The notes under the pieces are model-generated. The model was not told where the DNA came from, did not search any database, and saw only the letters and a list, made by a program, of their open reading frames with translations. 64,000 nucleotides of DNA, from positions 448,001 through 512,000 of the forward strand of contig OZ241322.1 of assembly GCA_965199715.1 (NCBI GenBank), in the 5' to 3' direction. The translations under genes were made by a program, and so were the position numbers. This document shows positions 18,803-31,122 of this stretch, in pieces; within the stretch, counting starts at the first letter, position 1; the number at the start of each line of letters is the position of its first letter. Origin of the DNA: Vicinamibacteria bacterium. GTDB lineage: Bacteria > Acidobacteriota > Vicinamibacteria > Marinacidobacterales > Marinacidobacteraceae.

Positions 18803-21800
18803 GCGGACGGGGCCTCCGCATCCGTCAGCCAGTCGGAGGCCGCCGCGTCCCGCAGGTCCAGCGAAACGACGCGCGACACGCCGGGTTCCTCCATGGTGAC
18901 CCCGTACAGGTGGTCGCAGGACTCCATGGTGTGCCGATTGTGGGTGATGACCACGAGTTGGGTCGTCGCCCGGAGCCGCCCGAGCATGGCGGCGAAGCGC
19001 TCCACGTTCTGGTCGTCCAGCGGCGCGTCGGCCTCGTCCAGCAAGCAGAACGGCGCCGGGCGGAAGCGGAACAGCGCGATCAGGAACGCGATGGCGGTCA
19101 TCGCTCGCTCCCCGCCCGAGAGCAGCCGCACGCCGCGGAGCTTCTTTCCGGGCGGCTCGCCGAGGATCTCGACCCCCGCCTCCAGATCCTGGGGCACGCC
19201 GCTCGCCGGGCGCGCGTCCTCCTCCTCCGGCTCGTGCCGCTCCACGAGGCGCAGCGACGCCCGGCCGCCGCCGAAGAGCTCCTCGAACGCCTCGGCGAAG
19301 TTGCGGTCCACCGCGTCGAACGCGGCGCCGAACCGCTTGCGGGCGTCGATGTCGTGTCGGGCGAGCGCCCGCATTCCGTCCCGGACGCCCGACTCGACGT
19401 CCTGAAGCTGTTCGGCGGGACGCGCCCGTTCCTCCTCCAGCCGGGTCAGCGCGGCCCCCGCGGTCTCGTTCACCGGGCCCATGCGCTCGAGCCCGGCGCG
19501 GAGCCGGTCGGTCTCCTCGGCGAGGTCGTCGCGTCCCCGCTCCCCGAGGTCCGCCGGAAGCGCGCGAGCGGCTTCGGCCGCGGACTTCCCGTAGCGGCGA
19601 CGGAACTCGTCCTCCAGCTCCGAGAGGGAACTGCGCCCCGCGCCCAGCTCGGCCCGGGCGGCCGCCTCGGCGGATTCGGCCGCCCGCAGCTCGGCGCGCC
19701 GCGCCAGCAACGGCTCCGAAGCGGCCTCCAGCCGGTTCGAGAGTTCCCGCTCGCCCCGGGCGAGCTCCGTCTCCCGCGCCCCGAGCTCGGCCTCGTCGCG
19801 TTCCGCCGCAACCGCGCTCGCCCCGGCCTCCTCCCGCCGGCGCGTCCACTCGAGATCCTCCCGCTCCAGCTCGCGCAGATCCTCGGCCAGCCCCGAGAGA
19901 CGGCGTTCGTCCTGCTCCTCCTGACGCCGGGCCGCGTCGAGCCCCTGCCTCGCCCGCTCGGCCTCCGCGGCGGCGCGGTGCGACTCGCGCTCGGCGGCCT
20001 CCCACTCGGACTCCGCCTCCCGCGCCCGGCCGCCGGCCGCTTGCGACTCCTCCCGCGCCGCCTCGACGCGGTTCTCGTGGGCTTCGAGGTCCCGCCGGCG
20101 ATCGCGGATCGCCCGCCGCGCCCCTTCGAGCGCCTCGCGGTTCCGTTCCCGATCCTCGTCGTTCTCGGACCGGCTGGCATCCGCGGCCGCGAGCGCGCGC
20201 CGCGTCTCCGCGAGCCGACGGCGCCCGGAGTCCAGATCGCCCGCAGCACGTTCCCTCGCCCGCCGCGCCTCGTCGCGCGCGCCGGCGGCGCGGTCCAGTT
20301 CCCGGCTCGCATCTTCGAGTCGGACGGACGCGGCCGCGGCCTCGTCGGCCCGCTCCCGCGCCGCCCGGTCAGCCTCGGCCTCCTCCGCCTCGAGGCGGGC
20401 GAGATCGCGGCGCGCCCCGAGGAACCCGGTCCCCGGCCCCGAGAGGCCGACGCGTACGAGCCCCGAGGGCGTCACCGAATCCCCGGCCGGAGTCACGTAG
20501 CTCCCCTCGGCCTCGGCGTAGGCGGCGAGCGCCGCATCAAGGTCGGGAACCACCGCCGCGTCCGGAATCGAGGCGGAAAGCGCGGGATCCTCGCTGCGCA
20601 CGCGCCGGCGCAGCCGGTCGCCCTCGCGCGGCCCTTCGGGCGCAGGGCCGCCGACGAGTTCCCCCACGAGCGCCTCCCACGACCGCACTCCGGCTCCTTC
20701 GGCGAGTCGCTGCAGTTCCCGCACCTCGGCCGCCCGCCGCACACGGATCCGATGCACGCCGATCACGCGCTCGGCGGCTTTCTCGTACCCCTCGTCCACG
20801 TCCAGCGCTTCCCCGACGGCTCCCGGCAGATCCAGACCGGCCCCCTGCGCCAGCTTCAGCAGCTTCCGACTGGCCGGGCCGAGCTGCTCCCGCGAGCGGA
20901 CAAGCGACTCCGCCGCCTCCCGTCCGCCCCGAATCCGTCCGAGATCGCGTTCCGCGGCCGCGCTGCCAGCCCGCGCCTCCTCGAGCGCGTCGGCTTGCTC
21001 CCGCCGCAGGCGATCCAGATTGCGCCAGCGCGCGACGGCGTCGCTCTCCGCCTCGACCCGGGCCTGAAGCTCCCGCGCCGCCTCGCGCTCGGCGGCGTCG
21101 AGTTCGGCCTCCCGCGCGACGAGCTCCTGCCGTTCCACACCGAGGCGCTGGGCGACGGCGAGCAGGCGTTCTTCGGAGCGCTCGTGCTGGTCCAGCCGGA
21201 ACGCCAGCTCCTGCGCCGCCTCGCGGGACTTGAGCGCCGCGCGCTGCGCCGCCTCGAGCGCGGCCACGGCGCGGGCGACCTCGCTTCGCGCGGTGTCGAG
21301 CCCGCTCCGGCGCGAAGCGGCCCCGCTCCCGGCTTCCTCCGCAAGGCCGTCCAGCGCTTCGGCGCGTCGGACCTGCTCGCCGCGCTCCGCCCGGCGGCGC
21401 GTTTGGGCCTCGCGAATCGCGCGCTCCTCGTCGAGGCGCCGCTCCCGCCGGATCCGCCGCGCCTCGCCGGCGCGCGCGCCCTCGCGCAGGAGCGCGTCCA
21501 ACTCGCCCCGCCGGCGGCGCGCCTCGCCGATGAGTCGGACCGCCTCGCGCAGCTCGGCGGCGCAGCGGTCGAGGCGCGTTCGCATCGCGTCGAGGCGGCG
21601 TTCCAGCACGAGGAGGCTCGCCCGGCGCCTCCCGACCTCGCCCGCAAGGCGCTCCAGCGGACCGGTTCCTTCGGCGATCCGCGCCTCCAGGTCCCGGCGG
21701 CGGGCCAACTGCTCGGCGATCTCCACCCGGCGCAGCGTCGCCTCGAGCTGCTTCGCCTCGCCCGCGTGCCGCGCGTCGCGCCGGGCGCGCCGGATCCGGG

Positions 21801-22386
21801 CGTCCAGATCGGCCATGCGCTGGCGCGCCTCGGCGAGCGCCCGCTCGGCGGCGCGAAGGTTCTCCTCGCTCTCGCGCCGATCCTGCCGGTAACGCCCCAA
21901 CCCGGCGGCCTCCTCGATGAACCTGCGCAGCTCCTCGGGAGGGCGCGAGAGCACCTCGCCCATCCGTCCCTGCTCGATCAGCCCGTACGAACGCCCGCTC
22001 AGCCCCGTCCCGGCCAGCAGCCGCAGGACTTCCTTCCTGGTGCTGCGGCGGCCGTCGATCTCGTAGGCGGACCGCCCGCTGCGGTCCACCCGGCGCCCCA
22101 CCACCGCGTCGGGGGAACCGTCGCGGTCGAGACCGGAGAGATGGAGGCGGACTTCGGCGACTCCGAGCGGCTTGCGCTCCGCGTTGCCGGAGAAGATCAG
22201 CTCCTCGCCCCGGCCGCGGATGGCGCCCGCGCCGAGCTCGCCCACGACCCAGAAGATGGCGTCGGCGATATTGCTCTTGCCGCAGCCGTTGGGGCCCACC
22301 ACCGCGGTCGCGCCGCCCGCGAACGTGATCGCGACGGCGTCGGCGAAACTCTTGAACCCGGCGATCTCCAGGCGTTCAACGCGCAA
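18799..22386 (-). CDS. smc: Chromosome segregation protein SMC
   Basis: GFKSF, GPNGCGKSN, long coiled coils with hinge, LSGGE, LDEADAPLD, ITH. Confidence 0.95.
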   Translation of the reverse strand: MRVERLEIAGFKSFADAVAITFAGGATAVVGPNGCGKSNIADAIFWVVGELGAGAIRGRGEELIFSGNAERKPLGVAEVRLHLSGLDRDGSPDAVVGRRVDRSGRSAYEIDGRRSTRKEVLRLLAGTGLSGRSYGLIEQGRMGEVLSRPPEELRRFIEEAAGLGRYRQDRRESEENLRAAERALAEARQRMADLDARIRRARRDARHAGEAKQLEATLRRVEIAEQLARRRDLEARIAEGTGPLERLAGEVGRRRASLLVLERRLDAMRTRLDRCAAELREAVRLIGEARRRRGELDALLREGARAGEARRIRRERRLDEERAIREAQTRRRAERGEQVRRAEALDGLAEEAGSGAASRRSGLDTARSEVARAVAALEAAQRAALKSREAAQELAFRLDQHERSEERLLAVAQRLGVERQELVAREAELDAAEREAARELQARVEAESDAVARWRNLDRLRREQADALEEARAGSAAAERDLGRIRGGREAAESLVRSREQLGPASRKLLKLAQGAGLDLPGAVGEALDVDEGYEKAAERVIGVHRIRVRRAAEVRELQRLAEGAGVRSWEALVGELVGGPAPEGPREGDRLRRRVRSEDPALSASIPDAAVVPDLDAALAAYAEAEGSYVTPAGDSVTPSGLVRVGLSGPGTGFLGARRDLARLEAEEAEADRAARERADEAAAASVRLEDASRELDRAAGARDEARRARERAAGDLDSGRRRLAETRRALAAADASRSENDEDRERNREALEGARRAIRDRRRDLEAHENRVEAAREESQAAGGRAREAESEWEAAERESHRAAAEAERARQGLDAARRQEEQDERRLSGLAEDLRELEREDLEWTRRREEAGASAVAAERDEAELGARETELARGERELSNRLEAASEPLLARRAELRAAESAEAAARAELGAGRSSLSELEDEFRRRYGKSAAEAARALPADLGERGRDDLAEETDRLRAGLERMGPVNETAGAALTRLEEERARPAEQLQDVESGVRDGMRALARHDIDARKRFGAAFDAVDRNFAEAFEELFGGGRASLRLVERHEPEEEDARPASGVPQDLEAGVEILGEPPGKKLRGVRLLSGGERAMTAIAFLIALFRFRPAPFCLLDEADAPLDDQNVERFAAMLGRLRATTQLVVITHNRHTMESCDHLYGVTMEEPGVSRVVSLDLRDAAASDWLTDAEAPSA

Positions 22387-22472
22387 CCGGGGTCCTTCCG
22401 GGCGGCGCGTGCATTGGGGGATTCTACGGAGCGGAACGGCCCGCCCGACTGTCAGAATCCGGGCTGCACGCC

Positions 22473-24755
22473 TTGGGCCTCCTCGACCGCTACATCCTGC
22501 GCCTCATCGCCCCGGGCGCCGCGATGGGGTCGGGCGTGTTCCTGTTCGCGCTGCTCCTGAACGAGATCGTCATCCGGCTGCGCGAGCTCGTCACCCAGGG
22601 GGCCGACCCCGCGACCGCCGCGCTCGCGCTGGCGCACCTCGTCCCCGCGCTGCTGGCGGTCGCGGTGCCGAGCGCCCTGCTCTTCGGGGTGCTGTTCGCG
22701 TTCTCGCGGCTGACCGCCGGATCGGAACTGCTCGCGATGCGCGCGGGCGGGGTCAGCTCGCCGAGGCTGCTCGCGCCGGTGGGGATCGCCGCGCTGCTCG
22801 GGTTCGGCGCGACGCTCGTCCTCATGCTCGAGGTGGTCCCCCACTCGAACCGCCGGTATCTGGAGCTGTCGGGCGAGCTGGCCTCGTCGAGGCTGCGCGC
22901 CGAGATCCGTCCGCGCGTCTTCTACGACGAGCTGCTCGACGAGAAGGTCCTGCTGATCAGGGCCGCGCCGCCGGACGGCGACTGGGAGCGCGTCTTTCTC
23001 GCGGACACGAGCTCCCCCGCTTCGCCGACGATCTACGTCGCCGAGCGCGGGCGGCTGGCGGTGCTTCCCGCCGACCGGATCGCGTACCTCGAGCTCACGA
23101 ACGTCGAATCCCACGCCTCGCCCGACCAGGACCCGGGGAAGTACCGCATCCAGCGGGCGGACCGCATCCGCCTGCCGCTCGACGCGGTCGAGGTCTTCGG
23201 CCCCGAGACTCCCGGACCGCGCCGGGACGCTCGCTCGATGCGGCTTCCGGAGCTCGTCGCCGGCTGGGAAGAGACCGAGGCCCCGGTGTACCTCGTCGAG
23301 ATCTACAAGAAGTTCGCCCTGCCCTTCGCGTGCGTCGCGTTCGGCGTGATCGGGCTCGCGCTCGGGCTGAGCCCGACCGCCGGGGGAACCCGTGCCGGCG
23401 GCTTCGTGTTCGCCGCCGGAATCGTCGTCCTCTACTACATCCCGCAGCTCGTCGCCGAGGAGCTCGCCATCGCCGGCGAGATGACCCCGTGGGTCTCGGT
23501 GTGGGCCACGCCGGCTGCGACGGTCGGGATCGGGCTCCTGCTTCTCCTGTTCGGATCGTGGGGCATGGATCCGGTGGGCGCGGTCCAGCGAGCGGTCGCG
23601 CGCCTCGTCCCCGAGCGCTTCCGGCGCGGGCCGCCGGGTCTGGCCGGCCGCCGTTCCGGCCGCCGCCCCCGGCGGCTCCTTGTGGGAGACCGCTACCTCT
23701 TCCGCCGCTTCGCTGCGTGGTTCGGGGCGAGCCTCCTCATCCTCCTCGCCATGCAGCTCGTCGGGCTCGTCACCCGAACGGTCGGGAACGCATTCGAGAA
23801 CGATGTCGCTCCCCTCGAGTTCCTGCGCTTCCTCGGCCTGTCGCTGCCCGGCCTCGCGCTCGACATGCTGCCGCTCGCCGCGCTGTCGTCCACGCTCGTG
23901 ACCTTCGGGGTGCTTGGGGGGAGCCGGGAGCTCACCGCGTTCCGCGCCGCGGGGATCTCGCGGAGCCGACTCGCGGTTCCGGCGCTCGCCGGCGGACTCG
24001 CGGTCGCCGCGCTCGCGCTGGGCCTCCAGGAGGGCGCGCTCCCACGGATCGGCGCGGAGGCGGAAGAGCTGGAAACCCGCATCGAGGGCCGGAGCCTGCG
24101 CGCCGCCGATCCGAGCGAGCGGCAGTGGATCCTGACGCCCGAAGGAACCGTCTATCACTACCGCGACTTCGACCCCGAGTCCGGTCACCTCGAGGAGCTG
24201 TCGGCGTTCGCCCCCGCGCCCGACCAGGGCTCGCTCAGGTCCCGCAGCTTCCTCGCCGCGGCCCACTGGTCCGAATCCGACGGCCACTGGAACGGAATCG
24301 GCGGATGGACGCGCAACTTCGGCGGGGAGGCCGCCATCCAATCCTTCGCCCGCCGCTCCTTCCCCGACATTCCGCCGCCCGAGTCGTTCCTGCGTCCGGA
24401 CCTCGTGGCCGAACAGCTCACCCGGGGCGAGCTGGAGGAGCGGATCGGCGCCATCGAGGCCGCCGGCCACGCGGCGCCCGCGCTGCGGGTGGACTTCCAT
24501 CGGCGGGGCTCGGCGCCCGCGGCGGCGCTCGTCACCGTCCTGCTCGGGCTCCCCTTCGCCTTCAGCCGCGCGAATCGAGGCGTGCTCGCCGGCGCGAGCT
24601 TCGCGATCGCGATCGGGATCCTGTTCCTCGTCGCGAACCGGCTCTTCGGGTTCCTCGGCGACGCCGGAGTGCTGGAGGCTCCGCTCGCCGCGTGGAGCCC
24701 GAACCTGTTTTTCGGACTCGCCGCGCTCTTCCTGATCCTCAGGCCGTCGGACTGA
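22473..24755 (+). CDS. Fused LptF/LptG LPS-export permease
   Basis: Two tandem YjgP/YjgQ modules (LLDRYILR...SELLAMRAGGVS; DRYLFRR...RELTAFRAAGIS...AAWSPN). Confidence 0.88.
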   Translation: MGLLDRYILRLIAPGAAMGSGVFLFALLLNEIVIRLRELVTQGADPATAALALAHLVPALLAVAVPSALLFGVLFAFSRLTAGSELLAMRAGGVSSPRLLAPVGIAALLGFGATLVLMLEVVPHSNRRYLELSGELASSRLRAEIRPRVFYDELLDEKVLLIRAAPPDGDWERVFLADTSSPASPTIYVAERGRLAVLPADRIAYLELTNVESHASPDQDPGKYRIQRADRIRLPLDAVEVFGPETPGPRRDARSMRLPELVAGWEETEAPVYLVEIYKKFALPFACVAFGVIGLALGLSPTAGGTRAGGFVFAAGIVVLYYIPQLVAEELAIAGEMTPWVSVWATPAATVGIGLLLLLFGSWGMDPVGAVQRAVARLVPERFRRGPPGLAGRRSGRRPRRLLVGDRYLFRRFAAWFGASLLILLAMQLVGLVTRTVGNAFENDVAPLEFLRFLGLSLPGLALDMLPLAALSSTLVTFGVLGGSRELTAFRAAGISRSRLAVPALAGGLAVAALALGLQEGALPRIGAEAEELETRIEGRSLRAADPSERQWILTPEGTVYHYRDFDPESGHLEELSAFAPAPDQGSLRSRSFLAAAHWSESDGHWNGIGGWTRNFGGEAAIQSFARRSFPDIPPPESFLRPDLVAEQLTRGELEERIGAIEAAGHAAPALRVDFHRRGSAPAAALVTVLLGLPFAFSRANRGVLAGASFAIAIGILFLVANRLFGFLGDAGVLEAPLAAWSPNLFFGLAALFLILRPSD

Positions 24756-25848
24756 CCGGGCCGAGCAGCGTTCCCGGCGGCAAGACTGCTCCCGCCGGAA
24801 CCTCGACCCCGTCGCCGAGGCACGCCCCGATCTTCGCCGCGCCCCCGGGGCGCGCCAGGTGGTCGAGCACGCGGATCCGCTCCACCGGCCCGCTCTCGAG
24901 CCGCGCTCGGGCTCCCACCCGGGCGCCGAAGCCGAGGACGCTGTCGCGGACCACGGCCCCGGACCCCACCTCGGCGCCGTCGAGCAGCGCCGCCCGCTCG
25001 AGGACCGCCCCCGCGCCGACCCGCGCCCCCGCGCCGAGCGCGATGGGCCCGAGGATGCGGGCGTCGGGGTGCAGGACGGCGCCGGGCCCCATGGTCACCG
25101 GGACGCCCCCGACGTCGCGCCACTCGAGCCCCACGGCCCGCGCCCGCACGCCCCCGTCGGCGAAGAGCGGGACGACGCGCCCGATCAGGTCCCACGCGTA
25201 CGTCAGCGGCACCCACGGCCGCTCGGAGCGAACCACCCGCACGCCCCGCTCCCGAACCAGGATCCGCAGCAGGTCCGGCAGCTCCAATTCGCCCCGGACG
25301 CTCTCCCCCACCTCGCCGAGGCAGTCGAGGTCCACCCGGTCGAGCGAGTAGGCGCCGATGCTGGAGAGCTCCCGCGGGCGGGCCTCCGGGGGTTTCTCCA
25401 CCACGTCCACGAGGCGTCCGTCCGGGGTGACCTCGACCACGGCCCGGTTCCAGGGATCGGAAGCCGGTTTCACGAGGATGGCCGGCCGGGTTCCGGTGAC
25501 CCGCCGGAGATCGTCGGCGTGGTAGAAGTCGTCGCCGTTGATGACCAGCGCTGGGCCGGTCAGCGCGTCGCGCGCCGCCCGCAGCGCGTCGGCGGTGCCG
25601 CGGGCGACCCGCTGCTCGACGGGCCGCAGCCGTAGCCGTCGCCACTTCGTTCCGAAGTGCGCGAGGATTTCCTCCTTCCGGTACCCGACGACGAGGATCG
25701 CCTCGTCCACGACCTCCTGGAGCTGGTCCAGCACCCGTTCCGCGAGGGGACGCCCCCAAAGCGGCAGTAGCGGCTTCGGCGTCCTGCCGGTGAGAGGCCA
25801 CGTCCGGCGGGATCTCCCGGCGAGCAGGATGACCGCGGTCGGCTTCAT
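24739..25848 (-). CDS. Sugar-phosphate nucleotidyltransferase with C-terminal left-handed beta-helix (GlmU / G1P thymidylyltransferase-like)
   Basis: [38 protein letters not shown], hexapeptide repeats. Confidence 0.8.
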   Translation of the reverse strand: MKPTAVILLAGRSRRTWPLTGRTPKPLLPLWGRPLAERVLDQLQEVVDEAILVVGYRKEEILAHFGTKWRRLRLRPVEQRVARGTADALRAARDALTGPALVINGDDFYHADDLRRVTGTRPAILVKPASDPWNRAVVEVTPDGRLVDVVEKPPEARPRELSSIGAYSLDRVDLDCLGEVGESVRGELELPDLLRILVRERGVRVVRSERPWVPLTYAWDLIGRVVPLFADGGVRARAVGLEWRDVGGVPVTMGPGAVLHPDARILGPIALGAGARVGAGAVLERAALLDGAEVGSGAVVRDSVLGFGARVGARARLESGPVERIRVLDHLARPGGAAKIGACLGDGVEVPAGAVLPPGTLLGPVSPTA

Positions 25849-25980
25849 GAGGCGAAGGACGCGCTTGCTATGCTCCGCGCCCGCAACCGGGCCGCCGAGC
25901 GCTTCGGGAGTCGCCCGGATTCCGGGGCCCGCCCCCACGAGCAGCGCATTCGGGCGCGGCGCGAGTCAGGAGGAGCCCCG

Positions 25981-27127
25981 TTGGACCCCGGCCGATCCGA
26001 AGAACCCCGCCTGTTCACCTCCGAGTCGGTGACGGAGGGCCATCCGGACAAGGTGGCGGACCAGATTTCGGACGCCATTCTCGACCTCCACCTGAAGCGG
26101 GATCCGGGAGCCCGGGTCGCCTGCGAGACGCTCGTCACGGCGGGAACGGTACTCGTCGCGGGCGAGACCGCCTCATCCGCGCCTCCGGACGACGACGAGC
26201 TGCGAGCGGTCATCCGGAACGCGATCCGGCGGATCGGATACGTAGGGCGGGACGATTCGTTCGATGCCGATTCGGTCGAGATCTCCATCCGGCTGGGCCG
26301 CCAGGCGTCGGACATCGCCATGGGCGTGGACACCGGGGGCGCCGGCGACCAGGGGATGATGTTCGGGTTCGCGTGCGACGAGACCCCCGAGCTCATGCCG
26401 CTCGCGATCACGCTGGCGCACCGGCTGACCCGGAGACTCGCCGAAGTCCGCCGCAGCGGGCTCGTCCCGTCGCTGGGGCCCGACGGGAAGTCCCAGGTGA
26501 CCGTGGCCTGCGACGGGGACGGCCGGCCGCGGTCGGTCCCGGTCGTCGTCGTGTCCTCGCAGCACGCCCCGGGGACGGGCCGGCAGGTCGTGCTGGACAT
26601 CGAGGAGCACGTCGTCCGCTGTGTCGTCGAACCCGGCCTCCGGGGGACGCCGTTCCGGATTCTGGTGAACCCCACCGGCGCGTTCGAGCAGGGCGGCCCC
26701 GCCGCCGACTGCGGGCTTACCGGCCGGAAGATCATCGTGGACACCTACGGCGGAATGGCCCGGCACGGCGGGGGCGCGTTTTCCGGCAAGGATCCGACCA
26801 AGGTGGACCGGTCCGCAGCGTACATGGCGCGCCACGTAGCCAAGAACGTCGTGGCCGCCGGCCTCGCCCGCCGCGCCGAGGTCCAGTTGGCCTACGCCAT
26901 CGGCCGAGCGGATCCGGTCTCGGTGCGGGTGGACACCTTCGGCACCGGCGTCCGCGCCGACGCCAACCTCGAGGCCGCGGTGCGGCGCGTGTTCGGCCTG
27001 ACCCCGCGCGAGATCATCGAGGCGCTGGACCTGCGGCGGCCGATCTACGAGACCACCGCCAGCGGCGGCCATTTCGGGCGCTCCGGCCCCGAGTTCACTT
27101 GGGAGCGCACCCACCGCGCGGCGGACC

Positions 27128-27147
<20 letters not shown>
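25981..27147 (+). CDS. metK: S-adenosylmethionine synthetase
   Basis: [42 protein letters not shown]; GGAGGAG SD before TTG. Confidence 0.96.
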
Positions 27148-29968
<2,821 letters not shown>

Positions 29969-29982
29969 CATCGGAGCGCACC

Positions 29983-30345
29983 GTGGCCGGACGGAACCGC
30001 TCGAAGTCGCTCGCCCAGTCCGCGAGGGCGCTCCTCGCCGACGCGCATTCCCTCATGCGCGACCCGCGCCGGCTGACGCGGGCGCTGGTGCTTCTCGCGG
30101 TCGCCGTCTGGGTGCTGGCCGGCGGCGTCGGGGGGATGCAGCGGCGGGACGAGGCCCGCGAGCGGTTCGAGCGCATGTCGGAGACGGTGGCGGCGCTGAA
30201 GGTGGAGCGCCATCGACTCCGCGCCGAGGTGCGCAGCCTCGAGGAAGACCCCGCGGCCCTCGAGCTCCTCGCGAAGTCCGCGCACGACCTCGCGGCGCCG
30301 GACGAGATCGTGGTGCTGCTGCCGGACGATCCGCCGATTCACTGA
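29983..30345 (+). CDS. Septum formation initiator (FtsB/DivIC family)
   Basis: Single TM, coiled coil, LEEDPAALELLAK...LAAPDEIV. Confidence 0.75.
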   Translation: MAGRNRSKSLAQSARALLADAHSLMRDPRRLTRALVLLAVAVWVLAGGVGGMQRRDEARERFERMSETVAALKVERHRLRAEVRSLEEDPAALELLAKSAHDLAAPDEIVVLLPDDPPIH

Positions 30346-31022
30346 AACGTCAGCGTCAGCGGAACGAGTTCCCCGCTCCGGTCCACGAGGATCTGCAGCT
30401 CGTCGGCGGTCTGGAACCGCTGCACCAGCACCGCGAGCGATTCGACGCCGCGGACTTCCCGGCCGTTGACGCTCAGCAGAACGTCTCCGGGAACGAGGCC
30501 GGTCTCGCCGAGTACCGTGTCCATGGGGAACGACACCAGCTCCAGTCCCGCCGACTCGCTTCCCACGATCCGGGGCACTACGGTGGAGCCCGACAGGATC
30601 CGCGGCAACTCCGATGGGAGCCGCAGCCGGACCTCGTCCCTCGAGAGCGTCCGCGCCGCCGGTTCCCCCTCCGGAGCCGGCTCGGGCGCGGGTGTCGGCG
30701 GTTCGGGAGCCGGCGGCTCGGGAACCGGAACCGGAGGCGGGCCGGCGGACCGGAGCTCCGCGCCCGGCGCCGCCAGATCGAGCGCGACCGCCCCCGCTGG
30801 GCCGACGAGGCGGAGCGTCTCGCCCGCGCGCGCCTCCAGAACGTAGCCCCGGCACGACTCCCCGATCTCAAGTCGGCATCCGGGACCGCGCGCGAACTCG
30901 AGGAGTACCAGCTCCCGCTCCCCCTGCCAGACCGCGCCGGCGAAGCGAACGTCCTCGGCCTGGGCGCCGGCCAGCGCGAGCCAGAAGACGACTCCGGCGG
31001 GTACCACGGCGCCCGAGAGCAT
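30339..31022 (-). CDS. Exported PDZ-domain protein, GspC-like
   Basis: Signal/TM segment, HR-like beta domain, Pro-rich linker, GLVPGDVLLSVNG PDZ motif. Confidence 0.65.
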   Translation of the reverse strand: MLSGAVVPAGVVFWLALAGAQAEDVRFAGAVWQGERELVLLEFARGPGCRLEIGESCRGYVLEARAGETLRLVGPAGAVALDLAAPGAELRSAGPPPVPVPEPPAPEPPTPAPEPAPEGEPAARTLSRDEVRLRLPSELPRILSGSTVVPRIVGSESAGLELVSFPMDTVLGETGLVPGDVLLSVNGREVRGVESLAVLVQRFQTADELQILVDRSGELVPLTLTFQ

Positions 31023-31122
31023 AGGGCGGCGAGCTAGACTGTCGGCCGACAGCGGTTTCGATCCGGCCCGCGCCGGAGACGCAGCGCCGCCCCGGCCCTC
31101 TTGGCGGGGTGTTGGGGCGCGG

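Noticed and set aside
22473-24755. LptF-LptG fusion as a novelty
   Set aside because: Such fusions are, to my knowledge, common in Acidobacteriota; used only as a taxonomic hint.
25875-25980. SAM riboswitch upstream of metK
   Set aside because: A leader of about 100 nt follows TGcTATGCT, but I could not recognise SAM-I/II/IV core motifs; an Infernal search would be needed.
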